The notes under the pieces are model-generated. The model was given only the letters and a program-made list of their open reading frames with translations. It was not told the DNA's origin and made no database searches. A DNA stretch of 62,868 nt, filler included, from an uncultured Acidimicrobiales bacterium (GTDB lineage Bacteria; Actinomycetota; Acidimicrobiia; Acidimicrobiales; UBA10347): NCBI GenBank assembly GCA_943788915.1. It is 2 parts of 2 records of this genome, joined end to end, with 100 filler letters (N's around TTAATTAATTAA, not from the genome) between each part and the next. Parts side by side here need not be neighbours in the genome. Positions count along the whole stretch, not along the records: positions 1 to 31,962 come from CALSSD010000027.1; positions 32,063 to 62,868 come from CALSSD010000028.1. One strand, written 5' to 3'. Each line of letters opens with the position of its first letter. The first letter of the stretch is position 1. The position numbers and the translations under genes are program-made. Shown in pieces: positions 29,667 through 40,112 of the stretch.

Positions 29667-31283
29667 TCATGACTTGCGGCGGGGGCGTTTGTTTGTGTCG
29701 GTCGTTGACGAGTTAGCCCGGATCACCGCTGACAGCCGCGGCCGTGACGGCGAGAGCTCATCGTTTCGGCCGAGCGCAACACCCAGATTCGGCACCAACA
29801 CCGGGTCCACATTGAAAGGATGGCTAATGGTCGGTGCAGGAAGCTTGGCTGCCAGAGCAGGTGCAGCAACAGTTTCCACAGGACGAGGAGATGGCGCCTC
29901 GATCGACGCAACTGCCGACAACGAAACGATCGCTGCTGCTAGGTCGTGCGGAGCGTGAGCATCAGGTGTCTCGGTCACCGCTGGTTCCGTTGCAGCAGTG
30001 GGCTCGGCGTCGACAGGTTCGTCCGTCACGACGACAACAGGGACCTCCGTAGTAATGGGTTCTGAGGTCGAGACACCTTCTACAAGGTCAGCTTCAGGGG
30101 TGCCAACTACCGGTGGTGCAACGTCCGGTACGGAAATATCCGAATGAAGTAGGGGGGCTTCAACAGGTTCGACAACAACCGGCATGCCGTTGAGGTCCGC
30201 AGCAATCAGCGCGGTTGCGATATCTACCACCCGGGGTTCCACAATGACCGGTGCTGCAATCTCTGGCGTCGCCATGAGTGGAGCAACGACCTGTGGAACA
30301 TCGACGGCGTCAAGCTGAGGTGCGATTACTTGTGGCACAACCATGCCGTCGATCTCAGGAGGTGTGGCGTGTGGAGCACCAACCGGAGGGGCAGCTTGGT
30401 ACGGCATCGACGCCGCCACGGGTGCGGGCGCCGCAGTTGGAACATCTGGAAGCGCAAGGTCAGGACCAAGACGGATCGGTAGCTCGAGAAGTTCTTCGGG
30501 CTTAATCCGAGCATTGAGACGGAACCAAGACTTGTTGCCTGGTTCGAGGTCAAGGAACGGGCTGAGCGCCGGGCCAAGCAGCTGGTAGGCGTCGAACTCC
30601 AACCCAAGTGAGTCCAGTACGACCTGATGTGCACTCGACGCAAACTCAACAACGTCAGTGCGGCCGCGCAGCGCCCGACAATGGGTTGCGATTAGCGATT
30701 CCACGGTGTTCTCGTCGGCCAGGTTCATCACCAAACGTTCATGTGGGGGCATCGCACGCGCAACGGTGGCCAGAATGCGGCCATCGGCAAGCGAGGAGAC
30801 CAGCGAGACAGACCCAGAAGCACGGCTGACCGATGCAGCAACCAGCCGTGACGGGTCGTGATAGATATCAAAAATGGGTTCCGGGTCCGCTTCAGCATCC
30901 CGAATCGTTGCAACTGGGACGAATCCGGGTAGGCGATCGGCCACCGGGTGCACTCCCTCTTCGGGTTGGAATCGTGCCGCCCGATAGGTGAAAGGCTTAT
31001 CCACGAACCGGCACATGAACACATAGTTCAACGGGTTGTTGCGCATCGCATGGCCGACCCGAGCACCAGCCACAAGCTGGCCGATGACGACCGCACCAAA
31101 CAGGGCAGCCAGAGGTCCATCGTCGATGCGCCACAGCAGCACAGCGAACGCCAAAACGGTAACAACAGCAAACGTTTGAGCTGTCTGCTTGGCGACGGAC
31201 GCACTAATGCGGCGACGCAGCCAATTCACATGGCGATCCATACAGCCTGTATCGGACGCCGTCGCCCGAACTTGAGTCGCCAT
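29667..31283 (-). CDS. hypothetical membrane-anchored protein with a long P/A/V-rich C-terminus
   Basis: Two N-terminal TM segments, a globular middle, a low-complexity tail. Confidence 0.65.
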   Translation of the reverse strand: MATQVRATASDTGCMDRHVNWLRRRISASVAKQTAQTFAVVTVLAFAVLLWRIDDGPLAALFGAVVIGQLVAGARVGHAMRNNPLNYVFMCRFVDKPFTYRAARFQPEEGVHPVADRLPGFVPVATIRDAEADPEPIFDIYHDPSRLVAASVSRASGSVSLVSSLADGRILATVARAMPPHERLVMNLADENTVESLIATHCRALRGRTDVVEFASSAHQVVLDSLGLEFDAYQLLGPALSPFLDLEPGNKSWFRLNARIKPEELLELPIRLGPDLALPDVPTAAPAPVAASMPYQAAPPVGAPHATPPEIDGMVVPQVIAPQLDAVDVPQVVAPLMATPEIAAPVIVEPRVVDIATALIAADLNGMPVVVEPVEAPLLHSDISVPDVAPPVVGTPEADLVEGVSTSEPITTEVPVVVVTDEPVDAEPTAATEPAVTETPDAHAPHDLAAAIVSLSAVASIEAPSPRPVETVAAPALAAKLPAPTISHPFNVDPVLVPNLGVALGRNDELSPSRPRLSAVIRANSSTTDTNKRPRRKS

Positions 31284-31334
31284 GCCCAGCTAGTGGTTCG
31301 TGATCATTCCTGGCCGACCATGATGGTGGCCGGA

Positions 31335-31832
31335 TCAGTGCACCGATACCTGGTCCGCTTGAGCCTGTAGTGCCTGCTTCAATCCGGCAACGATGGCGTC
31401 CTCGACTGGTCCTTCGAACAGCTTTCCCGACCACCCCAGGCTTACCTCGACCGACCCGTGGATCAACCGTTCGCATCGGTCGGTGTCGAACGGAACCATC
31501 TCGATACGCCCTGAGGCCTTCAGTAGTTTGCCGTAGTGATCGGGCACAATCACGAAGCTGCCAGAGCCGTCGGTGTGCAGCGTGGTTGCCTCGACAAACG
31601 TCATCTTTTCCGGGTCGATGAACGTGGTGGCCAACGGCGGCAGATCGATTGACACCCGGTACGAGGTTTCAATCAGGGTTGGATCGCTCGCCTGAAACGA
31701 TGTCACGACCGGGTCACCAACGAAGGGAAGACCACCAAAAGATCGCCACGTGCCTTCTTGGCGATAGGTCTGATGCACAGTCTCGCTCGATGCCTCGAAC
31801 TGCTGGGTCACCAGGAACTTCTTCACGCTCAC
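31335..31832 (-). CDS. DUF2505-like (SRPBCC-fold) protein
   Basis: Size and pattern GSVEVSLGWSGKLFEGPVE. Confidence 0.6.
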   Translation of the reverse strand: MSVKKFLVTQQFEASSETVHQTYRQEGTWRSFGGLPFVGDPVVTSFQASDPTLIETSYRVSIDLPPLATTFIDPEKMTFVEATTLHTDGSGSFVIVPDHYGKLLKASGRIEMVPFDTDRCERLIHGSVEVSLGWSGKLFEGPVEDAIVAGLKQALQAQADQVSVH

Positions 31833-31962
31833 AGTGTGACCGATCGGGCGCGGGAATACAGCAACTCTGGGAAATCCCCGGCGGTAACAGTGAGATCGGA
31901 GTCAGGACCGTTTCGATTTCAGATACATCAACCCGCCACCGGCCACGATCGAAACCAGCACT

Positions 31963-32062
31963 NNNNNNNNNNNNNNNNNNNNNNNNNNNNNNNNNNNNNN
32001 NNNNNNTTAATTAATTAANNNNNNNNNNNNNNNNNNNNNNNNNNNNNNNNNNNNNNNNNNNN
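31963..32062. other. artificial scaffold linker: N44-TTAATTAATTAA-N44
   Basis: Exactly 100 nt with a six-frame stop cassette at 32007-32018. Confidence 0.97.
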
Positions 32063-32094
32063 GGGGCGGCATTTGCTGATCGGCGACGCCCGAC

Positions 32095-32940
32095 TTAGAA
32101 GCTGGGTTTGGTCACGTGTGGTGTGAGCTGGAGTTCGTGGGTCCACACCGATCGGTGTTGGCGGTGCAGGTAGAAGAAGGCGTCAGCGATCTGGACTGGG
32201 TCCATCACGATTTCGGGTCGTTCCTGGGCCACTGGCAGGGCCCTGGTGCCGGGTGAGTCGATCAGGCCGTCGACCACGACATTCGCCACATGCACGCCGT
32301 GTTCGGAATACTCCTCGGTCAGTGCCTGGGCCAAGGCCCGCATGATCGTGCGGGGGTAGTAGAGCGACTGGCCGGTGTAGCGCTTGCGGCCGCGCAACGA
32401 CGACGAGTTGTTGGTGAACAACAGGGTGCCTTGACCCGTAGCCCGCATCGCCGGAAGTACCTCTTTGGCGACGAGGAACGGCCCCCGGCTGGCTATGTGC
32501 ATCGCGGTGTCGAATAGCTCGGTGGGGATGTTCTCCATCAGCTCCATTTCGGGCGGAAGGTCGCGCCCTTCGATGTAACCAGCGTTGTAGACCACGACCA
32601 CCGGTTCGCCGGCTTCGGCGCGGATGCGCTCGAACGCCGATGTGATTGATTCCTCGGACGACAGGTCGAGTTCGACGGTCAGACATTCGCCTCCTTGGTC
32701 CCGAATCGCTTGCTCGAGGCCGGCGGTGTTGGCGGCGATGCGGGTCGTCAGCACGGTAAAGAAACCCTCGGCCGCGAAGCGCTGTGCAATCGCTCCGCCG
32801 ATGCCCCAGCGCACGCCTACCGGCAGATCGCCAGCATCGACGGCACCGCCGTGCACGAGGACCGTGTTGCGACCGTCGGACTGCCACTTCGATGACGCGC
32901 CGATCACCACGGCCACGTCTCGCTTCTGTGCATTTACCAT
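32095..32940 (-). CDS. SDR family oxidoreductase (atypical)
   Basis: WGIGGAIAQRF, VYNAG, GVHVANVVVDGLID, WTHELQL. Confidence 0.88.
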   Translation of the reverse strand: MVNAQKRDVAVVIGASSKWQSDGRNTVLVHGGAVDAGDLPVGVRWGIGGAIAQRFAAEGFFTVLTTRIAANTAGLEQAIRDQGGECLTVELDLSSEESITSAFERIRAEAGEPVVVVYNAGYIEGRDLPPEMELMENIPTELFDTAMHIASRGPFLVAKEVLPAMRATGQGTLLFTNNSSSLRGRKRYTGQSLYYPRTIMRALAQALTEEYSEHGVHVANVVVDGLIDSPGTRALPVAQERPEIVMDPVQIADAFFYLHRQHRSVWTHELQLTPHVTKPSF

Positions 32941-33077
32941 GCATGAACCGTAGGCGAGCCGCCTCGCAGCGCCAGCATGAAGGTGCCGGGTGCTCTCGTA
33001 CATCGGGTCGCCCTGGCAGATCGCCGTGATCGTGTCGACGAGCTCGACGGACTCGCTTGAGGCGAACTGGAACCGCC

Positions 33078-34058
33078 CTAGGTCGTAACGACGAGTTTGC
33101 CAGCGGCAGTGCCCGCCTCCATGTCCGCGTGGGCTTGTTGGATCTGATCGAAGTCGTAGCGGCGGTGGATGGGCACCGTGGCGGACCCATCAGCGACGGC
33201 GTCGAGGAACTCTTGAAGCACGGTTGATGACAAGTCAGCGGCGTCGCCGCCATAGGCGGTCAACCGGACGCCAGCGGGGATGTACTCGATGGGGTAGAAG
33301 TCCTTGACGGTCCACTGGTTTGACAACATGCCGGTGAAGCACACGACGCCGTGGACCCGGGTTGCCCTCAAGGTGTCGGGCAGGGTTGGCGTTCCAACGA
33401 GCTCGAGCGCAGTGTCGACGCCGTTGCCAAGGATCGCTCGCACTTGTTCGGCCACCTGGCCGTCGTCGACGATGACATGATCAACGCCGATGTTGCTGAG
33501 AGCGTCGGCTTTGGCCGGGTTCCTGGTGGTTGAGAGAACCTTCATATTGCGCTGCTTGGCGAGTACTGCGGTGGCCATCCCTACCGATGACGTGCCGCCC
33601 CGAATAAGGATGGATTGGCCGGGCTGGGCGTCGAGTCCGATGGTGAGTGACCCGTTGGCGGTTTGCAGCATCTCAGGAACCGCGCCGAGCGTGGCCCAAT
33701 CGAGGTCACTTTCAAACGCCAAGACCTGGCTGGCAGGCACTGATGTGTATTGGGCGTAGCCGCCGTCGAACGTGCGGCCCATGCCACCCATCATCGCCAT
33801 GACCTGCTGGCCAGCATGGAACTCGCCGCCAGGACAGGCTGCCACGACGCCGGTTGCTTCGATCCCGAGCACCCGGGGAAAGATCACCCCTTCGGCCAGA
33901 CCGAGACGGGTATGGAGCTCGGACCGGTTCAAGCCAAACGCCTTAACCTCGATCAGCACCCAACCGATGTCCGGTTCCGGGATCGAGATGTCCCGAAATG
34001 TCAGCGACTCTGGTGGCCCGGGCCCGTCGAGTACGACGGCTCGCATGGTGTCACTCAT
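33078..34058 (-). CDS. zinc-binding alcohol dehydrogenase / quinone oxidoreductase family protein
   Basis: AFGLNRSE, GIEATG, RGGTSSVG, GKLVV; SD AGGAG. Confidence 0.9.
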   Translation of the reverse strand: MSDTMRAVVLDGPGPPESLTFRDISIPEPDIGWVLIEVKAFGLNRSELHTRLGLAEGVIFPRVLGIEATGVVAACPGGEFHAGQQVMAMMGGMGRTFDGGYAQYTSVPASQVLAFESDLDWATLGAVPEMLQTANGSLTIGLDAQPGQSILIRGGTSSVGMATAVLAKQRNMKVLSTTRNPAKADALSNIGVDHVIVDDGQVAEQVRAILGNGVDTALELVGTPTLPDTLRATRVHGVVCFTGMLSNQWTVKDFYPIEYIPAGVRLTAYGGDAADLSSTVLQEFLDAVADGSATVPIHRRYDFDQIQQAHADMEAGTAAGKLVVTT

Positions 34059-34099
34059 AGTGGTGCTCCTGTTGTGGGATCTTGCCGAGTTCGTGTCGT

Positions 34100-34330
34100 G
34101 CTGTTCGAAGCCTTCCAAGATGCGAGAGCTCCGGTGCGGAACCTGCCCGAAATTGCGATCGAGTTACGTTTCGAAGGAGACCGTTGCCTCGGCACGCAGC
34201 TTCGTTCCGGTGGAGGTGATTTCGATGACCGAGGACAGTCGGTGAGTGAGGTTTCAGTGGGGTGAGGGAGCCGCCCGCAGTGCCTGGCATTCTCGATGGC
34301 GATGGTGATCAGGCGATGCTCATTCTGACG
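34100..34330 (-). pseudogene. decayed MarR-type regulator remnant
   Basis: Frameshifted IENARHCGRLPHPTE / RLSSVIEITSTGTKLRAEATVSFET* resembles the MarR wing and C-terminal helix. Confidence 0.45.
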
Positions 34331-34488
34331 AGTGTTTGTGTCTCGTAACCATGCCACATCGTATTCGGTGACGACGGCCTGGGTTCGTAGCGGGTAGCCG
34401 TGGCAGCGTTGAGGTCGGTGCGTGGAACGGTCCGAGACACGCTCCGGACAGAGTAACGCGGGACTGCGAACGCCTAATGTTGCAGGCC

Positions 34489-35547
34489 ATGACCACGATC
34501 GCTGTTGTGCCTGGAGACGATGCTGCACCGGAAGCGATGGTTGCGTCGATGATGGTGATCGAGGCGCTGGATCCTCCGGTGTCGTTTGATGTGTTGCCTA
34601 CCGGCACTGAGCTAGCAGGTAAGACGATGGACGAGCGCGAGACGCTCGTGATCGAACGACTCGATGCTGCAGACACGGTCCTGTTCGGTTCGAGCAATGG
34701 CACCACGCCGGGCATTGCACATCTGCGATGGGGTCGCCATACCTATGCGAACGTGCGTCCGGTGCAATGGCAGTCCGGTTATCGGTCGCCCATGGCCCGC
34801 CCGGAGCTGATCGATTATGTGATCGTTCGGGAGAACCTCGAGGATGCATACGTTGGGATCATGGGTGATGTCGACGCACTGCGAGGAAGCGGGCTTATTG
34901 GTCCGCGAGCTCGGTTGGCGTGGGACGGTGAAGGTCGTTTCGCAGCGAAGATCATCACCCGCCAGGGGACCGAGAAGGTTGCCCGTTTCTCCTTCGAGCT
35001 GGCCCGTGAGCGGGCTGAGCGCGACGGTCGACCGCCACGCCTCACCGTCTCGGCCAAGACGAATATGTTGCCGGCCACTGATCGGTACTTCTGCGACATC
35101 GTCGAGGAGATCGCTGCCGACTTCCCCGAGGTGGAACTGGCCCGGTACATCGTCGATGACATGGCCCACCGCCTGGTAGTGCGTCCAGAGGAGCTCGATG
35201 TCCTGCTGTTGCCGAACCTGTATGGCGACGTGTTGTCGGATCTGGGGGCTGGCACGATTGGAGGTATGGGTCTGGCTCCATCGGGATGTTACGGCGATGA
35301 TTTCGCCTACTTCGAGGCGGCTCATGGGACCGCCCCTGACATTGCCGGGCAGGATCTGATCAACCCAACAGCGACGTTACTTTCAGCAGTGATGATGCTG
35401 CGATGGCTCGATCTCGACGACCACGCCGATCGGCTCGACAGCGCCATCACCGCCGTCTACGCAGATGGAGACATCCTTACCGTGGATCAGGGTGGTACCG
35501 CGAGTACTACCGAGTTCGCGTTGGCGGTCCGAGACATGCTGAGCTGA
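34489..35547 (+). CDS. isocitrate/isopropylmalate dehydrogenase family protein
   Basis: YANVRP, IVRENLED, PNLYGDVLSDL, FEAAHGTAPDIAGQDLINP. Confidence 0.92.
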   Translation: MTTIAVVPGDDAAPEAMVASMMVIEALDPPVSFDVLPTGTELAGKTMDERETLVIERLDAADTVLFGSSNGTTPGIAHLRWGRHTYANVRPVQWQSGYRSPMARPELIDYVIVRENLEDAYVGIMGDVDALRGSGLIGPRARLAWDGEGRFAAKIITRQGTEKVARFSFELARERAERDGRPPRLTVSAKTNMLPATDRYFCDIVEEIAADFPEVELARYIVDDMAHRLVVRPEELDVLLLPNLYGDVLSDLGAGTIGGMGLAPSGCYGDDFAYFEAAHGTAPDIAGQDLINPTATLLSAVMMLRWLDLDDHADRLDSAITAVYADGDILTVDQGGTASTTEFALAVRDMLS

Positions 35548-35624
35548 CGAGAACTGGGGAGGCACACCGGGGCGGCAGGGTTCGCGTCAAAGACCAGGGC
35601 AGGTTTGCGTTGTTTGCAGTCGTC

Positions 35625-36482
35625 TCATTCGGAGAGGTGGAACCAGGCGGGTTGATGATCGGATCCGACGGCCTCGTCATCTATCCATGCTGCGCTGATC
35701 CTGTCCGCCAGCCCGGAGCTCACGAAGCCGTAGTCGACTCTGATGCCCGAGCGCGGGTCCGCTGGGTCGGCGTACCACGTCACGCCGTGCCTCAGAGCGG
35801 GGCCCGCTGCTGTCCAGGTGTCGACCAGGTGTCCTTGCGTCGTGCCGCCGAGGTCTTGGAGGTCGACGATCTCTCGGTACTCGTCTGAGTCGGGCCCGAG
35901 GTTGAAGTCGCCCAGGACAACGAAGTCGTCGGGCGTGACCGAGTGAGGTTGACCCAACCAACTCGGCCCACTGAACGATGACCCCTCCTGGGGTACGGCG
36001 AACAGGCGAGGCAAAAGGAACCGCAGCTCATCCTGGCGTCGGGCAGGGCTGTGGTTGTCGAGGTGCACTGAATACACCCGGATCGGACCCGATGGCGCGT
36101 CGACAATCGCCTCGAGTGCGCCCCGTTGCCCATTGCTGGTGTCGGTGGTCAAGATCCTTGGCAGAAGGATGAGCCGCGACGAAAGGATTGGCCATCGGGA
36201 CAACACCATGTTGCCGAATTGGTACCGGGCGTTCGTCACGGTTCCGCCTGCCGATTTGGCGCTGGCGTCGAGATCGACGGTTGGTCCGTAGACCCAGTAG
36301 TACGTGGGCAGGAGCTGCCCTAGGCGAGCTGGCTGGTCGCGATCTGGAACACCTTTGACATTTCGAACGACTTCTTGGAGTCCAATGACATCAGCGTCTG
36401 CGAGGGCAGCCGCGATCCGTTCGAGATCGTGGAAGCCGTCCTGGCCAAGCGAGTACTGGATGTTGTAGGTCACGAACTTCAT
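35625..36482 (-). CDS. endonuclease/exonuclease/phosphatase family protein
   Basis: MKFVTYNIQY, DVIGLQEV, GDFN, RVDYGF, SDHQP. Confidence 0.9.
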   Translation of the reverse strand: MKFVTYNIQYSLGQDGFHDLERIAAALADADVIGLQEVVRNVKGVPDRDQPARLGQLLPTYYWVYGPTVDLDASAKSAGGTVTNARYQFGNMVLSRWPILSSRLILLPRILTTDTSNGQRGALEAIVDAPSGPIRVYSVHLDNHSPARRQDELRFLLPRLFAVPQEGSSFSGPSWLGQPHSVTPDDFVVLGDFNLGPDSDEYREIVDLQDLGGTTQGHLVDTWTAAGPALRHGVTWYADPADPRSGIRVDYGFVSSGLADRISAAWIDDEAVGSDHQPAWFHLSE

Positions 36483-36543
36483 CGGGGAGCGGTGTCCAAT
36501 CGAGAGCGGCAAAGACGTAATCCGTCGCCCTCTGTTGTCGAGG

Positions 36544-37398
36544 TCAGCCCAAAGCAGCGGTGGCGGTGGCGACACCAAGGGCCAGGAGTCGGTCATCGTT
36601 TCCGGTGTCATGGACCGAGACTCGGCTGGTGACGCTGTTTTCTGCGATGCGTAGAACCTCGGCTCGGGCTTGGAACGGGCCGTCCTTTCCGAGTGCGAGG
36701 TAATGAATGTGGATATCACTCGAGCTACACGGCTGACCAAGAGCAAGTTCTGCAGCCCACGCCGCCGACCGTTCCATCGCCAAGGACACGACACCGCCCT
36801 GGATGGCATGAACGGAGTTCTCTACGAATGGCGAGTGGTCGAACTCGACATAGGGCCCACTGGTTGCTTTCTCGAAGCGGAACCCGCACGCATCATCGAT
36901 GCGCATCCGGGGAGCTTCCTTTTCGAGGCGTTCCGCCAGGTTCGCTCGAGTGGTTGCTGGCGCTGTCGGCGTGTCTTCGCGGCGGGGGAGACGAGTGAAT
37001 GTCACGAACGCCCGTGCCACTTCACCGACGACCGGTGAAACGATTGACGTTTCGGACACCACGTTGTTACGGCCAGCGCGCACGAGACGGCACTCGGCTT
37101 CGAGCTCGCCTTCGGGTGGACATGGCTGGGTGATGTGGATGGCCATGTCGTGGGTTACGGGCCAATCGGGGGACACGGTCCGCAGGGATGAGAAGCCGGC
37201 AACATAATCGGCGAGGATCGAGATCGCTCCCAATCGAAGTGTGCCTGCCGAGTCGGTGTAATCGACGAGGGCAGGCATGAGACCACGTCCGATGCCGTCG
37301 TCGCCGCTGTTGTCGACGGCTAGCCGCATCCACCGCAATATCTGACCTGGCTTGGGATACGTCATGTTGGCCGAGTCGGACGGCCGCTTCATGGTCAT
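36544..37398 (-). CDS. PaaI-like double hotdog thioesterase (start uncertain)
   Basis: NSVHAIQGGV, HIHYLALGKDGPF. Confidence 0.75.
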   Translation of the reverse strand: MTMKRPSDSANMTYPKPGQILRWMRLAVDNSGDDGIGRGLMPALVDYTDSAGTLRLGAISILADYVAGFSSLRTVSPDWPVTHDMAIHITQPCPPEGELEAECRLVRAGRNNVVSETSIVSPVVGEVARAFVTFTRLPRREDTPTAPATTRANLAERLEKEAPRMRIDDACGFRFEKATSGPYVEFDHSPFVENSVHAIQGGVVSLAMERSAAWAAELALGQPCSSSDIHIHYLALGKDGPFQARAEVLRIAENSVTSRVSVHDTGNDDRLLALGVATATAALG

Positions 37399-37452
37399 GC
37401 GGACGTTATTAGCACAGCCAAACAGGCGGTAACGCAAAGCCAGAGGGTCCTG

Positions 37453-38172
37453 TCATGACCCCTCGTGTACCTCATTGGTGTAGACGTAGCCCTTTGTCAG
37501 CATCTGCATACGATGCCGTGGCCCGGGCGCCGAGAGGTCCCCGGATTCATAGGCCGGATCCTCGCTGTATACCGAGAACATCTGGTCTTCCTGCCGCACG
37601 ATCCTGGGCAGGAAGATTCGGTCGGGTTGTGAACGCACGGAGTCGAGCGCTTCTGCGACGAGGTTATGGCGTGCCAGATCGAGCAGGCTGACGTAGGTCG
37701 GCCCTGCCAGATTGATCTCACCTGCTTCGCAACCCGAAATCGCTTCGGCAACTGGATGCCATTCGAAGTCGCGGATCTCGCCGTCGTCGATCGTGACCTG
37801 ACCCGACTGAGCATGGACGGCATAAAACCATGTCGAGAAGCGGCGGTTCCGGCCAATGGGTGTCGTCCAATGCGATAGCGAGACCAGATCGGGGGCAGCG
37901 ATGTTCAGATCGGCCTCTTCTTTGGCCTCACGAACAGCAGCGTGACGGGCCGCAGCGGCAACGTCGTCGGAAGCCGCAGCCTGGAAGTCACCCGGATCGA
38001 TTCGACCGCCAGGGAACACCCACGACCCACCGTGGAATGCCAGATTGTTGTCGCGCCGAAGTACCAATACTTCGATGCTGTCTCGGCCGTCGCGCAGCGG
38101 AATGACAGTGGCAGCTGGGCGGATGGGCACGTCTTCGTGCGCCACACCTTCGGTCAAAGAGTCGGTCACCAT
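37453..38172 (-). CDS. NUDIX hydrolase
   Basis: FPGGRID...AAVREAKEEADL Nudix box; HWTTP...RRFSTWF. Confidence 0.92.
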   Translation of the reverse strand: MVTDSLTEGVAHEDVPIRPAATVIPLRDGRDSIEVLVLRRDNNLAFHGGSWVFPGGRIDPGDFQAAASDDVAAAARHAAVREAKEEADLNIAAPDLVSLSHWTTPIGRNRRFSTWFYAVHAQSGQVTIDDGEIRDFEWHPVAEAISGCEAGEINLAGPTYVSLLDLARHNLVAEALDSVRSQPDRIFLPRIVRQEDQMFSVYSEDPAYESGDLSAPGPRHRMQMLTKGYVYTNEVHEGS

Positions 38173-38329
38173 CTGTTTGTTCGGGCTCCCACCAGCATCG
38201 TGGCAGTCCGTGATCGGACCGCATGAGTCGCTCGAAACCGTAGCAGCAGGCTCCCAAGCCGACCAGATGCGTAGACCGGAGGGAACCTGATTCCTGGTGA
38301 GTGAGGTGCGCGCGCTCGATGCTGAATTA

Positions 38330-39454
38330 ATGGATTTTGATCTTTTCGTTTATGCCACGATCGGTCGGCGGGCCGAGCTCGATGCTGGTCGGGCCGGGCT
38401 TCGTAACGATCTCTATCAGCGCATGCTGGGAGAGCTCGCCGATCTAGTACGCACCGCCGACGCCTGCGGTTATGCAGCCCTCGGGCACCCCGAACACCAT
38501 CTGCAGGTCGAGGGGTTCGAGATAGCGAACGATCCAGGTCTGATGTCGATGTATCTGGGTCAGTTCCGCGAGCAGATGAAGATGCTGACGTGCGGCTTCG
38601 TCTCGACCACCCACAACCCGCTGCGCGTGGCCGAGAACATCGCGACGCTCGACCATATGCACCAAGGCCGGTTCTCGGTTGGCCTGGTTCGCGGCTACCA
38701 GGCCCGCTGGGTCGACAATTTCAAGTTGTTCGACGAGATCGGCGCGGTCGGACCGTGGAACAAGAACACCGATGCCGACGACCTCAATCGCCGGTACTTC
38801 GAGGAATACGTCGACATCGTCTACAAGGCGTTGAACAACGAGACGTTCCGACACGACGGTGAGTTCTTCACATTTCCGAACCTCGACCGGAATCCACATG
38901 TGCACGACGTGTACAGCACCTACGGAGTGGGTGTCGATGCCGACATGAACATCACCGAGACCGGTATCGCTCCACGCCCGTTCCAGTCACCGCACCCCAA
39001 GATCTATTCGGGCTTCACGGCGTCGGCTCGCACCGCTGGGTTCTGGGGAAGGTACGGCGGCAAATCGATCGTGCTCGGCGGCGGTGCCGATCTACTCAAG
39101 GCGATCTGGAGTGCCTACGACGAGACAGCAGCGCAGTATGGCCGCACCGTCGTTCCGGGCGAGCAGGCGTGTTGGGGTGGGTTCATGATCTGTGCCGAGA
39201 CCGACGAGGCAGCGCAGGCCCAGCTCGAGGATGCGGAATGGTTCTTCGACAACTGGTCAGTGCCCTTCGGCCAGCCGATGGCGCGGCTGCTGGTAGGCAG
39301 TCCCGACACCATCTCTGCCAAGATCGAGGCAGCGACCAAGATCGTGCCCATCAACGAGGTCATGCTGTTGATTCCTCAGGGCATCCACGGCCCTGACCAG
39401 ATCAACCCGAGCCTCGAGTTGTTCGCCGAGAAGGTCATGCCTCGCTTCAGCTAA
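38330..39454 (+). CDS. LLM-class flavin-dependent oxidoreductase
   Basis: PEHH, NPLRVAENIATLDHM, VGSPD, LELFAEKVMPRF. Confidence 0.9.
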   Translation: MDFDLFVYATIGRRAELDAGRAGLRNDLYQRMLGELADLVRTADACGYAALGHPEHHLQVEGFEIANDPGLMSMYLGQFREQMKMLTCGFVSTTHNPLRVAENIATLDHMHQGRFSVGLVRGYQARWVDNFKLFDEIGAVGPWNKNTDADDLNRRYFEEYVDIVYKALNNETFRHDGEFFTFPNLDRNPHVHDVYSTYGVGVDADMNITETGIAPRPFQSPHPKIYSGFTASARTAGFWGRYGGKSIVLGGGADLLKAIWSAYDETAAQYGRTVVPGEQACWGGFMICAETDEAAQAQLEDAEWFFDNWSVPFGQPMARLLVGSPDTISAKIEAATKIVPINEVMLLIPQGIHGPDQINPSLELFAEKVMPRFS

Positions 39455-39904
39455 ATGACAGACGGCTGAAGCAGTCCTTTGCCAACTGTCAGTCCACGAC
39501 GGTTCAGGAATCTGGTTCGGAAGGTGGTCAGGGCTCTCCGATGATGCCTTGGCAAAGCCCCGCACCAGCAAGCACGTCTGCATCGCTGATCGGGTGACCG
39601 TTTGGACACGTGGCGGTTGCGAGGCCACGCTGCCTGATCTTGATATCCCAAGAAAGGTTTTGTTCGCCCTCAGCCATCGACCGCTCCTTCGCTGGCAGGC
39701 TTCATCTTTACGCGCCCGAGCCGGAACATACAGCTAGCGGGCCGAGGCGCGTGCCATGGGACGAGCGGGGAACAAGGCTGCGTAGCCCTACGTACATCAG
39801 CGGGTGGAAAAGCTCGCCAGATCTGAGTCGGTGCGCTCGTCCACGGTTTTCGTGGGAGAGTGGAGGTCGGTCGCCCTCAGGGCGGTCTCGATAAGGAGCC
39901 AATC

Positions 39905-40024
39905 ATGGCAGGTAAAGACAAGGGTGGACGCGCCGCAAAGACCGCGGCATCCAAAACCCCGAAAGAAAAGAAACAGGCCAAGAAGGACAAGAAGTCAGGC
40001 AAAGGCGCATCCGGACTGTCGTAG
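39905..40024 (+). CDS. 39-aa Lys-rich small protein (below the ORF-track cutoff)
   Basis: SD TAAGGAG 6 nt upstream; MAGKDKGGRAAKTAASKTPKEKKQAKKDKKSGKGASGLS. Confidence 0.75.
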   Translation: MAGKDKGGRAAKTAASKTPKEKKQAKKDKKSGKGASGLS

Positions 40025-40112
40025 TTTGCCGGCTTGGTATGAGCGGCCAGCGGGGTTTGCAGTTGCATGCGCCTGATGAGGTGTGAGTGACTGTGCGTGG
40101 AGTGCGAGGGCC

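Noticed and set aside
31963..32062. TTAATTAATTAA palindrome within Ns
   Set aside because: Symmetric 100-nt six-frame-stop linker added during assembly; not biological, and adjacency across it is not trustworthy
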